In this document: in pieces, positions 24,425-38,030 of the stretch
Numbering within the stretch: the stretch's first letter is position 1
Layout of the letters: every line of letters starts with the position of its first letter
DNA from: Lytechinus pictus
Taxonomy: Eukaryota
Assembly: GCF_037042905.1 (NCBI RefSeq)
Contig: NC_087245.1
Location: 20,586,001-20,650,000, forward strand
Direction: 5' to 3'
DNA: 64,000 nucleotides
Translations under genes and position numbers: made by a program
Notes under the pieces: model-generated
The model's database searches: none
What the model was told of the DNA's origin: nothing
The model's input: only the letters and a program-made list of their open reading frames with translations

Positions 24425-25329
24425 TTTATATAAAAATAAGTCGCATTAAAATTGCAATTGTAGTATAAATGCGAAATTAAGTAGCAATATAAAATTCAAT
24501 AATTTAGATCATTTGATATTTGTACTATAGATATAGTACATTTTTTATAGGCCTTTTTTTTTTGAGTTGGACTTGACCTTTAATGTACTTTGATTCTTTG
24601 ATATCTTAATGAAACTTCTGATTAACTTATTCAAAATTTAGACAGGCAATATCTAAACGAAAATTGAAGCACATTACATCAAACTACGATATACAAGTAG
24701 GTTTAGAGTAAGTAGATCATTTATTTTTCAGTCTTGATTGTACATCATATTACTTAAGTAGTGTAGGCCTTTGTCAACATTTACATACTTTAAAATTTAC
24801 ATCCTTCAAAGGTGTACTTAAGACACATGTCCTGGGTGTATCAGGACAAAAAAAAACCTAATTTAAAAATATTCTGAGAAAACATGAAATCAGTGAAAAT
24901 AAAACTTAGGTCTCCTGATGTAACTATGTAGGATCATGTATTTCTGAACACCATTATTATGAAAATATTGAGCAAAATTGCGCTTTGTACACTTGCATGC
25001 TGAACACATGGAAATAATGAACAAAGAAAAATGTAATAATAATAATAAGCAGGTTTTAGAGACGCATAATACCATATAAATAGTATTAATGTGTGTGGAA
25101 GAATTATTGTTTTGTATATGGCTAATACGTGTGCTTCTTAAATAGGAATCTTTTTAACACAGGTTATAATCTGTTGCAATCTGTTATTGATCTAATATTA
25201 TGAGGTAGTTTCCACAATTTTGGTGCCATTTTCCCAAAAGCTCTATCACCAAAAGTCTTGGACTTCACTTGTATTTCAGAGAGAAGATTCTTTGATTTTG
25301 ACTGGGTTGATATTTCTGAATTATATCAC

Positions 25330-25960
25330 TGAGGTAATAGGGGCATTCCCATTAATGCACTTAAAAACAAGAGTGAGGACTTTAAACAAAATACAAGCCT
25401 TTATCGGAAGCCAGTGGAGACTACCTAGGATCGGTGTCACTTAAATAAAAAAAAAATTTGTGAACTAAGAGACTTGCAGCTGAAATTTGTTTGCGCTGGA
25501 GTTTAGAAAGCTGAGTATCTGGTACTCCTAGAGGCAGTCCATTATTACAGTCAAGTTAATGAATATAAATGCATGAATAATCCTTTCTGTGGTTGACTTA
25601 TCCAGAAATTGCCATATCTTTCCAATACTATATAGTCCAATGGCGGTGATATTCATATATTATTAACATGAGCTTTCATCTGTAGATAATCCTGAACAAT
25701 TACTCCAAGAACACACACTTTAGAAACTGATAGAATGGTAATATCAGACACAATAATTGACAATGATGATGACATTTTACAGCACGGTCTGATATGCACA
25801 ACTTCAGTTTTTCTTAGATTTAAATTTAGATGAATTTGTGATAACCACACCTGTATTCTACTTAAGCAAGATTCAATCTGAGCAATAATTTTGGCACGAT
25901 TGGCATCATGTTGAGAGGAAATATACATTTGAGTGTCATCAGCATATATCATTCTGCTAT
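25330..25960 (-). mobile_element. Decayed L2/CR1-type LINE reverse transcriptase fragment
   Basis: YADDTQMY...WLSQIHLNLNLRKTE...LGV in ORF 25653-25970, and SLHWLP near 25410. Interrupted by stops. Confidence 0.85.
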
Positions 25961-27517
25961 ATAATACCACATTTCTCTAATTATTGAAATAAAAAACAAT
26001 TTGCCACTTAAACCCATTTCAAAATCTGACAGTTTTTTTAGAACCTCTTGCTTCAAAGTTAAAACATATTGAGTATATTTGAACTCGAAAAAAAACAGAT
26101 ATTATAAATGTCTGAATATATTGGCTCGTATTCTGAAGTCATGTAGACCACGGTCTAACTCTGTGCTAAAATTATGGGGAGCCAAAAAATCAGAAATTCA
26201 GTTTGTATTGTATCTTTCGTATGTTTACTATTTTGTTTCTTTTTGCTTCCATGATGAAGAAAAATACTTTAGATATCATTTCCAGACAATTATGGACAAT
26301 TTGAGTGCCAAATGAGTTGATAAATTGGATGTGCACTGTTAGGGATTTTTGCCCCAATTGGCTCTCCATAGCTAAACCACAAGTTTAAACCAGGGTTCAA
26401 TTTAAAAACTGAGTTCAGAATATGGGCCATTGAGAAATGTTGGTAAAACAATGTGCAGTGGAAGTAAACCACCTGCTATTTTGAACTACTCTGAAGAAAA
26501 TAACTGAAGGACAATGTTCAGAGATTCATGGTGCTATCCAATAGTTTTTTCTTCAATGTTACATTTATTCAAATTAGATATGTTGGGACTCGTATCTTCA
26601 GAATGCTGATAAATCATATTTGTAGGTGAAGTTAGTTTCATGATTATTGGTATTATAATTTTCTCACAAACAATCATGGAAGTTGTTATTGGCACAGCCA
26701 TTTAAATTCTGTTGGATTTGATATTCCTGGTGGTTTGAAGATTTTAAACCCCAGCTTCAGCAAAGTCCCAAACAACATTCCTTCCAGGAAGATATGTTCA
26801 GCACTCTCAAAGTTGTACTTCAATAAGAATCAACTAGATGCCAGTATGGACAACCTCTCTACATCTTTTAAATGTTTCTGTAGCCTTCACATATTCATTT
26901 CCAGGGCTGAATTTTTTTTTTTTTACAAAATTTATAACTCTGCTTCATACCATATTCAAATAATTCATATATTGTGCTAAACTTCACCCCATCAAACAAT
27001 AATGTCATTACTGTAAGATCTTCATTGTTTAAAGGGAGATTCTACTCCAAAATGCACTCTGGATTCAAGAACATAGAAAATGAATTATCAAATGCCCTTC
27101 ATGACAATGAACAGCCAAGAAGTCTTTGTTGAAAATTGGTGATTCAAAACAGCAGCTTTGTCCAAACGACATATTTGCATATTTTTTTGTAGCTAACACT
27201 GAGCATTAACATACTTTTATGTGCATTTGAGGTTCTGTATAACTTTACCAGCCAGTTCCAGAATGCTAATCCAAAACACTTGAATACTAAGTAGATCAAT
27301 TAGCTGACCATACAATGAACCCTCTCGGTCCCTTCACTCGAAGGTTTCTTACCAAAACATGCAGATAACTCTACCAAAGTCCTCAAGACACATTTCCTCA
27401 CTGGAACACTCTCCATGGTTCCTTTACATGAAATAATAAATAACAGAAATCTTAGAGGACAACGATAATGAACTATTGGATGGTTACAAATAAGAGTATG
27501 CCACACCATTCAAGATG

Positions 27518-28512
27518 TTATTCACCAGAACCTTCACCAGATCCGTCACCGGACCAGTCAAGAACTTCCTCACCTGACCCTTCCCCTGACATATCCTCAC
27601 TGGCCCATTCAGAAGAACCACCACCAGACCCTTCACCTGATACCCCATCTCCAGACCATTCAACAGATCTGTCACCGGACCAGTCAAGAACTTCGTCACC
27701 TGACCCTTCCCCTGACATATCCTCACTGGCCCATTCAGAAGAACCACCACCAGACCCTTCACCTGATACCCCATCTCCAGACCATTCAACAGATCTGTCA
27801 CCGGACCAGTCAAGAATTTCGTCACCTGACCCTTCTCCTGACATATCCTCACTGGCCCATTCAGAAGAACCACCACCAGACCCTTCGCCTGATAGTCCAT
27901 CTCCAGACCATTCAAGAACTTCGTCACTAGACCCTTCTGACACATCCTCACTGGCCCATTCAGAAGAACCACCACCAGACCCTTCGCCTGATAGTCCATC
28001 CCCAGACCATTCAAGAACATTGTCACTTGATCCTCCTCCTGACATATCCTCACTGGCCGATTCGAAAGATCCACCACCAGACCCTTCACCTGATAGTCCA
28101 TCTCCAGACCATTCACCAGATTTGTCACCTGACCATTCAAGAACTTCGTCACCCGATGTTTCTCCTGACATATCCTCACTGGCCCATTCAGAAGAACCAC
28201 CACCAGACCCTTCGCCTGATAGTCCATCTCCGGACCATTCACCAGATCCATCTCCGGACCGTTCAAGAACTTTGTCACCCGATCCTTCTTTTGATGAATC
28301 AACATTTGTTTGATTAGTGTCCTTGACTGGAGATGTAGCGTTCTTACAGAATGATGGAGGTGTGAACACTGAGATGTTTGTGATGCCCATCCGGATGCCA
28401 ATGAACTTGGTACTAACTGAATGGACAGTCGTGTGGTTCTCATCCTTCTCCATGACGATTTCTTTCACTGGCAAACAACCAGGGTAAGTGAATGTACCAA
28501 TCCAACTTTCCT
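27518..28512 (-). CDS. Ependymin-related protein A, exon 3: ependymin C-terminal part plus acidic Ser-Gly repeat tail
   Basis: ttttttctgtgcAG acceptor. (K)ESWIGTFTYPGCLPVKE...VFTPPSFC matches ependymin-family motifs and is followed in frame by EGSG/WSGD repeats to TAA at 27520-27518. Confidence 0.9.
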
Positions 28513-29270
28513 CTGCACAGAAAAAAAGAAAATTTAGATATTTTTAAAGCAATTGCACAAATTACTCTCCATTTATGCAGTGGCAAAGGGCAGTCTGCCA
28601 TCCCCCACCCGCCCCCCCCCCCCTCCCCTTTGGCTGATTTCGCCGGGGGGAAAAAACGAAAAAAAAAAATAAAGAAAGAGAACGAGAAGAAAAGGAAGAA
28701 AAAGAGGGAAAAAAGGTAACGGGGGAAAAAGGGAAAGAATAAACATAAAGAGGAGAAGGGTTAAACCGAAGGAAAGGGGGAAAGGAGGGAAAGAACAAAT
28801 CACGAAATACGAATAAATAAGTGAGAAAGGAGATATAACAGATAACAGATTGAACGGGAATTTATGACAGGAAAGGAAAAGAGGCAAGAATAAATGGGAT
28901 ATGAGGGTAGAATGGAATGAGCTAAATGCTATGTGAAAAGTTGAATTGAAAAAAATGAAGAAAAGGGCTGCCGATGATTGTAAATAAAGAACGGGAAGAA
29001 AGAATGGGATGGCGTAGAAGTATGAAGTCTATATAGGTTTGATAAATTTCATGCCATGACGGTAGCAATCAGGACAAAAAATAACTTTGAGAGGTTCCGC
29101 CCAAACATTGTCTATGTCCCTAGCCATGGACCTTCCTCCTCGGTCCATGCCCGATCCAAATTTTCTCGCTCGCAAAGTTATAGGAATTTTTCCACATTTG
29201 CCATATTGTTCCCCCTCAAAATATTTGGTTTATTACACGACTATGTTGTGTAAAACCTAAGTGATATAGC

Positions 29271-29835
29271 CCCACCCCCCCGGGGGGGGGGCACTTACAT
29301 TGACGAGTGGATACCATGCGCGACCCCAAAAACAAGTAAAAAGGATGTCTTTTTCAAGATAGGGCACGTTACGTACGTAACGTAATAAGGGTGTCAAAAA
29401 CACTAAAATAATGAAAAAGGGGTATCTATTTCGCCAGAATAGCTACGTGTTTAGGGTCAAATTTGCAAAGGGTGTAAAAAATTAAGACTAAAATGTTTTA
29501 GGATGTGCTTTTTGCCCCGAGGGTCAACACTATACGTGTTTAGAGTACAATTTGCCCGAGATGTGGGAGGTGGTACTAAACCCAATGATGTAGCCTTGTA
29601 GGTACCGACGACCGCTGTATTGTTTAGGGGTCAATTCAGGGAATACTTGCCAATAGTATCGTTTTATTAATTGTTTCCAATATTTGTTAAGGGTAGGAAG
29701 TTATGATTTCACACGCCAATACTTGTCAAGGGGTTCATTTTCAGAATATTGAAAATACGTGTTAAGGGTGCTTTTCGAGACCCTATGGTCGCGCATGATA
29801 TCCACTCGTCAATGGAAGTGCCCCCCCCCCCGGGG
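29271..29835. mobile_element. MITE with CCCGGGG termini
   Basis: About 45-bp TIR cccggggg..gcactt.cattgacgagtggata.catgcgcgacc, flanked by GATATAGC direct repeats (29263, 29836). Confidence 0.75.
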
Positions 29836-30236
29836 GATATAGCGGCCATCTGTAAAGTTTGATATGGCTGAATCTTGAGAGGTTTCGGTAGCGGAGGAGG
29901 GGGAGCGCTCATCACACTACTCCCGCGTTGAGCTTTGCGCTAATGCTCGCGTACAATCATGAAAACTCCTGTTCACATGATATGACCAGAAAATAGAATT
30001 TTGGCTCTTGCCCCCCACCCCCCCCCCCTCCCCTGACATTTACATTGAAATTGGTGTGATAAAAGATCACTCTTGATTAAAAGCCTCGCTCAAAGACATG
30101 TGTGGCGGTAGGGGATCGAAACCTGGACTTAATTGTGTCTACTCGGGCGCCTTAGACCTAACATCTACGGCACTCCCATTTTATTTTGAATTTTATTGTA
30201 TAGGGCAGATTGGCCAAAAAGATACATCGATGCCCA

Positions 30237-30690
30237 GGGGCCCATTTCATAAAGAGTTGCTATCATAACAGGTTGCTATGATAGCAACTCTGGTAGAATA
30301 GCAACTTGTACTTGCTATGCTAGCAACTTTGCATTTCTCAAAAGCACATTCGCTGGAAAGTCAACTTGAATATCTAACGAATTATTCCTACGAATTATTT
30401 GAAAAGTCATGTAAGAGGCTGATCAGGGGGTGATCCCCTTCCTCTCCACTATTTTGGGGGTAGTACAACGTGATCAGAATTATACCCTTTACAATGTCAA
30501 CTTGACGCTCCCCCATGACCAGCATCAAATATTTAACCCTATTTGACGCTCCAGTAAAAAGTTGACGCTCCTACTGGAGCGTCAACTTTTTATGAAATGC
30601 GCTGCAGCGTCAAATATCAAATTTGACGCTGCAAGTGAGAATTTGATGCTGTTTTGTGACTTGACGCTATATTTTTATGAAATGGGCCCC
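30237..30690. mobile_element. Harbinger-like MITE
   Basis: ggggcccatttcataaa ... tttatgaaatgggcccc with ttgacgct subrepeats. Confidence 0.7.
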
Positions 30691-31073
30691 AGATCTTGTG
30701 ATCTGGGTACATCTCTGTTAGCGTTTACATTACTGACACGCAGAGGCGTCGATCCTGGGGGGCAGGGGGGCGATCGCCCCACCAATGAAAATATTGGGGG
30801 CGCAAACATATCGTTTTACCCCCTCCCCAATAATTCCGCATGCATGTGCAAAAATGAAATAAGATTGCAGTGTTACACAGAAATCAGCAAGCGAGATTGA
30901 GATACACAACTCGTTCTTTATTTAAAATCGTGCTCAAAATGTCACTGGGCTCCCGCCGACTAAAACAACGTACGTCTGGGTCGTGAAAAGATAAATATTT
31001 TTGGAAAGTTAATCTGCATAATATAATTTTTCCCGCGTCGTCTGAAGAGGCTATAGAGAGATAATACACTTAC

Positions 31074-31273
31074 TTTGCTTTCCTGGAATTCTATTTGACC
31101 ACTCCTGCACCATGACGCCGCTTCCTACAATCTCATAGGATTTCTCAAAAGTAGCATTGGGTGGAATAGTGAAGTTGCTCCATGTTCCTAGCTGTTCCAC
31201 TGAGCATGTCTTGTTATCATGATTGATGACGTATTGTATCCCTTCATCATAAAGCATGATATACTCGTAAATA
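31074..31273 (-). CDS. Ependymin-related protein A, exon 2
   Basis: tttttatatcaacAG acceptor and A|gtaagt donor, phase 2/1. Encodes IYEYIMLYDEGIQYVINHDNKTC...IPPNATF...VQEWSNRIPGKQ. Confidence 0.92.
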
Positions 31274-31381
31274 CTGTTGATATAAAAAGAGGAAGGTATA
31301 TAGTAGAAAATATAACTGATAAGCAAATATCTAACGTTAGGTAGGGTATTATAGCTTCTCACACAACCTTATACTGTATGG

Positions 31382-32967
31382 CAGGGGTTCTCAAACTACG
31401 GCCAGCGGGCCGGATCCGGCCCGCGGAGCTTCTCAATCCGGCCCGCAAGACTCTGCTGGGTTTTTTTTATTCATTTTTAAAGGACAAGTCCACCCCAATA
31501 AAAAGTTGATTTGAATAAAAAGAGAAAATCCAACAAGCACAACGCTGAAAATTTCATCAAAATCGGATGTAAAATAAGAAAGTTATGATATTTTAAAGTT
31601 TCGCTTAATTTCACAAAATAGTTATATGCACATCCTGGTTGATATGCAAATGAGGAGACTGATGACATCATCCACTCACTATTTCTTGTGTATTTTTAAT
31701 ATGAAATGCAAAATATTCTAATTTTCTCCTCAGTGTCTGGTGAAACACTGATTAATTCCTCCCTGAACATGTGGAATTAGCATTGTTTAATTCTATATGG
31801 TTCAGTCAAGTTGGTCCTTATTGTCAAATTTGTAAAAAATGAAATATTGTATAATTCAAACAATAAAAACAAAAGAAATAGTGAGTGAAAAACATCATCG
31901 ACTCTCTCATTTGCATGTCACTGAGTTGTACATATAACTCTTTTGTGAAAAATGAGCGAAACTTTAAAATGTCATAACTTTCTTATTTTATATCCGGTTT
32001 TGATGAAATTTTCAGCAATATGCTAGTTCGATTTTTCTCTATTTATTCATATCAACAATTTTCTGGGATGGACTTGACCTTTAAGTCACAATATGAAACA
32101 TAGCTCAATATGATTACATTGTGTATCCATGTAGACCTAGCCGTAATAAAAGTTATGGCATTCAAATTAATTTGACTTTTAAACAAAGTTTAGTGGAGTC
32201 TTTTCTGCCTGTTCGATCTACTTTCTTATTAGATGACCAGCGCTGTTCTCACCATGTTTGGACCTACATACAGATGCGAAAGTGCATTTTCCACAATGAA
32301 CATTTTTTAAGAACTAACTCATACCGAAGTACCTTGACAGGGACCGCGGAACGGTTTTCAAAGTGGGGGGGGGGGGGCTGGCCATGCAAAAATCACATGG
32401 TCATTTTTACGTTTTTGTACATGGTTTTGGAAAAAAAATGGGGGGGGGGCTGAACCCCCCCCCCCTGCTTCCGCGGCCCCTTCTTGACCAGTGAACATTT
32501 GCACCAGTGCCTTCGTCTGGCAATTACACCTTTTGTGCCAAGGTTCAAGCAACTTGTTGCTGACAGACTGTCACTTTTCCCATATTAAAAGTGAATAGGA
32601 GACTGACATCATTGTTAGAGTCTAAAACAGACATGCTCTATTATTCATTCTACTTTGACTACAACAAATATTGATACTTCAAGACATTATCTGTCTCCCC
32701 AATACCAGGTATGTATAGGTACAATCTAGATTCCTTTTAACAAAGTACTACAATTTTGTTATCATTAATATTGACTCTCGCTGTATTTTGAAATCTTTTA
32801 TAATTTCGCCTGCGTTCCATATAAAACTGTTATAAATTTGTTGGATTAAATGCTCCCAAAATAAGGGCCAGATTGCACAAGAGAGCTTCTCGGACCCCGA
32901 CCGCAAGGGTCTTTGCGCTTCGCGCACATTTTTTTTTCTTAGTATCCACTTCATTTGAGAACCCCTG
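31382..32967. mobile_element. Non-autonomous hAT element containing two nested MITEs
   Basis: TIR CAGGGGTTCTCAAA / TTTGAGAACCCCTG and perfect 8-bp TSD CTGTATGG (31374-31381, 32968-32975). Confidence 0.9.
31481..32080. mobile_element. Kolobok-type MITE (AGG ends, TTAA target)
   Basis: ttaa|aggacaagtcca...tggacttgacct|ttaa with long imperfect TIRs. An inverted copy of the same family lies at about 1617-2212. Confidence 0.8.
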
Positions 32968-35170
32968 CTGTATGGAGTAGATACAAATCGGACATCCTTT
33001 CACGAGGGCAGCATCAGGAAAAGTAGATAGGCCTTCAGACATCCTGCAGCCCCACACTTGTAAATTACATTATAAAAATCTTATATTTAAAAAAAAATGT
33101 GTAATGGCAAACAGGGTACATATCCTAGTAAATAAAAAAATGTGAGCGCGAAGCGCGAGCTCAAATTTAGTTTGCATGTTAATTTTTTTTAAATCATATA
33201 AGCACTTTGATTATAAGCATGAATACGATGTATATCTCATCGAACAAGGGCTAAGTGCGCGCTGAAATTTAAGTTAATATGCTGACTTGAAATGGGACAT
33301 TATTTTAATAATCATTTGTAAAAAAAAAAAAAAAAATCATGAGCAGGTAATATATCTTACTAGACAAATAATACGAGCACGAATTACAGGCTGTTTTTTT
33401 TTTATTCAGACCTGAATAATGACATGAACCAGGTGCTTATTTTTAAATTGTTCCAGCATGAGGCGTGAGCTGAAATATTCTCTTATCATTAAATTGAAAA
33501 CTAGACATATTTCCAATCGCTATGTTATCCTCATCAATACAATATGTATACCTTTCAGCAGGCACTTCCTGCGTGAAGCGCGAGCAGACTTTTTATTTTG
33601 AAAATGGAGTGACCTGAAAATGTTGTTATTCGCCAATTCTTTCCCCGATTCGCTTATGGCTAATAATAATAACAGTGATATTGATAATAATTTATAAAAT
33701 TAATGCTAATAATAATAGTGATTATGGATAAATTATGACCGAAATCCCCCATTGTACATTACCTCTGATCTAGATCATGAACAAGCGCATGAAAAGAATA
33801 AGATATGCATATGATGACATATGTTGCCTGATTTAGAACACGTCTGGGTAGCGATATAAAATTTGATTTATCTCTATAATGTTAAAGATTTTCATTAAAT
33901 ATCATGTCAATCACAATTTGAACAGGGGCATTTCTTAGACTTAAGTCATTTTGCCAAGTCTAAATCATTATCATCTGCTCTTTCTTCATCAATATCGCCA
34001 CCGCCATCATCATCACCTTTACTTTATTGTTTTTTATAATTGACATTACATCTTATCTGCCTACCCTCCTCTAACCTTGGAGCTACTACAGTGTTATAGT
34101 ATAGCTCCATGTTCTAACAAGGGACCATCACATCATTATTTCGGTCAATTTTCATTTAGGTCATATTATATAGCCTCTAATGATTTCGTCATGAGCATAT
34201 GTAAATTGACGATAAAACGTTTTCAAACAGTGATAATGCATTCACATCGCGATTCACATATCAGTTATGTTTGTGATTCATTGTTGTAAAAGTGCCTAAA
34301 GTCATTTCATAGTCTTTGCGAGAGAAAAGGTCATATTCAAAGTATTCCTTGTCAAAATATTGTGTTTTGTTTTACAGGTCGCACAATCGTGATCACTGGA
34401 GACAATAAAGACGAAATCAAAATCAAAATAATCCGATCATTTTTTTTCAATTTCACTACTTTCTAACCACTCTTACACATTTTTATCAAGCTAAAACCTG
34501 TCTAGTTATATTTTAGAAATTATTGCCCGCGACCAAATTCTCTCTGGGACGGGGTAGGGCAAACAACATTTTACAAACATCAGACAGAATGCTACTCGTC
34601 TAGCCCGCTGTATGGGGCGGCGATGAGGATTAATTAAATTGAATTAATATATTTCGACATTTAATGTTTGCTATTTTCTATTCCATTTATCGAGCAAATT
34701 TTTATTGTGTAATCGTAGATAAGCTCTGAAAGAGACGCCCCCTATTTCCCGATTTCTTGGAATTTCTTCTCCAGGTGAAGATTTCGGCAGCTCATGAAGA
34801 ATCCCGAGAAAATCGTAAGGTGAGACGCGTATAATCTGTGTAAGAGCCTAAAAATACAGAGCTGGTCATGATTCCTCATAAATTAGTTGGAAATACATGT
34901 ATAATCATATTAAGTGTTTTTTTTCCTCTCATGCACAAGATGATTAAAAACGTGCAGTTAAATACGGATACCCCTTGCCTTTCCACAATTTGGCAACCTA
35001 CGTCGCTATGATATCAGCGACCGCTGTTCTTATTGTTAATTAGTTTACTTCTGTTTCGTATAAAGAAAATTATTAGATTATTTGAAAGCAACCGCTGAAC
35101 ATTGGAAAGGAACACTCGGGGCTCCAAATATTTATATAAAACCAGGTGAAAACGCTTGATAAGTACATAC

Positions 35171-35838
35171 CTTTTTCCTAGGAATTTGGCGTGTTTATCT
35201 ACCAGGATCCGCTTCCTTCGGTTAATGCCATCGAAGGTGATGTGGAAATGGTTTTTGACGCCATTGATGTGGTCCCACTCGGTGGCTTTTCCCTCCCATT
35301 GCGCCGGAGTTTGACAAGGAGAGCTCAGAGGTGGTGAGGGTGGCTGTTCTGTCACAGACTGAATGGGAGTTGACTCGGGAACGTTGATGGTTTCTTTTAG
35401 CTCCGATGATGGCGTTGTTGACGATTTTCTTGTTATGGAGTTCTGAGGAACAGATGAGGTTTGTATCGATTTCGATGAATATGGATTGTACTTGAAGTCA
35501 TTCAATCCATTTCCAGTAAACTGAGGAATTGGTAAGGTTTCTTTCGATTTCGATGAAGATGGCTTGTAATTAAAGTCATTCAATCCATTTCCTGTCATAC
35601 CAAACTTTCCACCGTAATCATTAATGGAATTCTTCGAGTAGAAAGGCTTTGGATGAAAGAAGGAACTTATCTCTTTCTTTAAGTATTCTTTGTTGGTAGC
35701 GTACCCGAAGTATTTCTTCAGGAGTGAATTGCCAGCAGTCTTATGACTCCTGTCATCTTGGCCGATCATCTGCCCCAGTGCAACGGTCGTGAAGGCCAAA
35801 AGTAAAACCAAGAGTTCCCTGAAGAGAGGCATGGTCAT
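35171..35838 (-). CDS. Ependymin-related protein A, exon 1: signal peptide, long N-terminal extension, start of ependymin domain
   Basis: MTMPLFRELLVLLLAFTTVALG signal peptide and the ependymin N-terminal motif PCQTPAQWEG. AG|gtatgt donor, phase 2. Joined CDS is 668+200+995=1863 nt, giving 620 aa. Confidence 0.92.
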
Positions 35839-35897
35839 AGATTGCTCCTTGATGACCGGGGTGGCAAAAATGATACTAAATGAAACTGTTAATCGCG

Positions 35898-35904
35898 TTT
35901 TATA
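35898..35904 (-). promoter_or_regulatory. Candidate TATA box of ependymin-related gene A
   Basis: CTATAAAA on the - strand about 60 nt upstream of the ATG, with pyrimidine-rich Inr-like TCATTT/TTTAGT about 20-30 nt downstream. Confidence 0.5.
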
Positions 35905-38030
35905 GCAGAAGTGGCGCTAGATCATGCATGCTTATTAAGCAGAAGCGCTCCTAACACTAAAGACGGAACTTCCCGTTTCAAAGCGGACACAATGCAATCT
36001 CGGCACACTTCCGACTTCTTTTTTTGATGGTGGGGGGGGGGGGGTGAACGATATGATGACAGAATTGAAATTTGGTGAACAATAGATTGGCTATTTAGGA
36101 GTTAATCTATGATTTGGAAATATATTAAACATGATCGAGCATAATATCCCTTCAATCATGACCACCTTGCTATGTGCATACGTCACAACATCGAACTCCA
36201 CCTCCATACTCATGGTCAATACGACCAGCATCATCGCGATATTTCGCTCTCCAACATCGTCAAACACTAAGATTACTGTTTTCTTCATCTTCTTCTTTTT
36301 TTTCTTCTTTTTCTTCTTCTTCTTCTCCTCCATCTTCTTCTTCCCTTTTCTCTTCTTTTTCTTCTCTTCTTCTTCTCCTTCTTTTCCATCTTCTCCTTTT
36401 TCTTCTCTTCTTCTTCTTCTCGTTCTTTTTTCTTCTTCCTCTTCTTATTATTTTTCTACTTCTTTTATATATCTATATGGATGTATTTAATTTTGTTTAT
36501 GTTAGCAAACTGTTTGCTAACTGTTTGCAAAATAATGTTCGACCCAATTGAAGTTGACATTATGTTCATATATTTGTTACTCTTAATTCGTTTAAACTTT
36601 TTTTTTTTTCGTTTTTAATTTACACGACCCAACAGAAATCAGTCTTGTAACTGTTTGGGATGTCTGATAGTGTTTAAATAAAAATCAATCTAAACTGAGC
36701 TGTAACGCGTTTAAAAACTATCAGTCAATATTACCATCCTCCTGGCACCTTCCTCGTGATAAGAGGGTCTTGTTGATGAAAACTTCTGACCATAAACAAA
36801 ACTAGTAAATGGCTTAATTAACGGAGATACGAACTATTCCGCCCTCGCTGATAATATATGGGGGGGGGCGAGGAAAAATAACCTGAGTTTTTACGATAAC
36901 AAATTTTGTGCAAAAGGGACCCGGAAGACATGGGCGGAAATATATATGATGTCGTATTATTCAAGTGGGGGGGGGGGGTGGAGCAATAGTTTCTCCCCCC
37001 CTGAATAAAAGGTTTGCCGCTTGAATTTTCGTCGGTGCTGGTGGGCACTACTACCCTATTGCCTATTGTTAGCCAACTATGATTTATAGCCCTGCAAACA
37101 CCGCAGCACTACCATCACATCCAAAGACGTCACCACCATTTTGTAACACAAATCATCGCTCAAGCCCCCACAAAATTTTCGACCACATCATCTCACTTCT
37201 TACCACCACTATATTATCTTCATCTTTAGTATTGTCACCACTACCTTGGGGAGCTTTGGGGAGCTGAAACCCCCTCAAAACTCGCTCAAGCCCCCATAAC
37301 AAAAATTCGACCACAAAGAAAATAAAATGTATTTAGGCCCTATATGCGTAGATATTGTATTGAATACTGCAGCATATCATTAATATCGTAAAATTAAAGC
37401 TTTTACTATACAAATTCTAAATTTTCTCGCTTGGTCGCTGTACACTCCCTCGCAAAACACAATAATATCCAAATGCAGAAGACATTAATGCAGTCTTATA
37501 AAGTGCGAGTAAAGTTAATAATCCCCTACAAGAATGCATATTTACTTTTTTTTCTTAAAATTTATCTCCCTACTTCACCCAACACGAATAAATGCCGTAA
37601 AATTCCCGTTTTAACTAGATTTGTGTACATTCGTGTGAAATTTAATAATTCTTCATATGTTGTGCGTTTTTTAAAGAAAATGATTCGCTCACTATCATAT
37701 AGTTTAGAGTCAGGTATGTCGATCCATGTTTCGTATGGGGGTGAAAAATATCAATTTTAAACAGAACTTTGCACATGAAGAGCGCAAACAATGTATGTTT
37801 GATATAGTATTTCAATGTCAAGTATATATAATGGTTTTATAGTGCTTTCCGATGATTTTTCATACTTATTTTGGCATTGAATACTATGAATATTTCAAGT
37901 TGTCAAAATTATTGGGGGAGCAAATTGATATGTTTGGTTCCCCCCCCCCTATATTTTGCCCTTCAGGATCGACGCCTCTGTTTAAAAGTATTTCTATTTC
38001 TCGCAATATTATATACTAAAATGCGTTATA

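Noticed and set aside
27468..28443. Overlapping long ORFs (+ strand 281-aa Pro/Ser/Asp ORF and alternative-frame - strand 319-aa ORF)
   Set aside because: Shadows of the in-frame tandem repeat. Only the EGSG frame is continuous with the spliced ependymin domain.
35014..35170. ORF extension YVLIKRF... beyond ependymin A exon 1
   Set aside because: Intron read-through. The donor at 35170 matches the paralog's intron position.
36091..36551. Poly-Phe/Ser/Lys ORFs (also 28492-28887, 48093-48474)
   Set aside because: Translations of (CTT)n and purine/pyrimidine low-complexity tracts.
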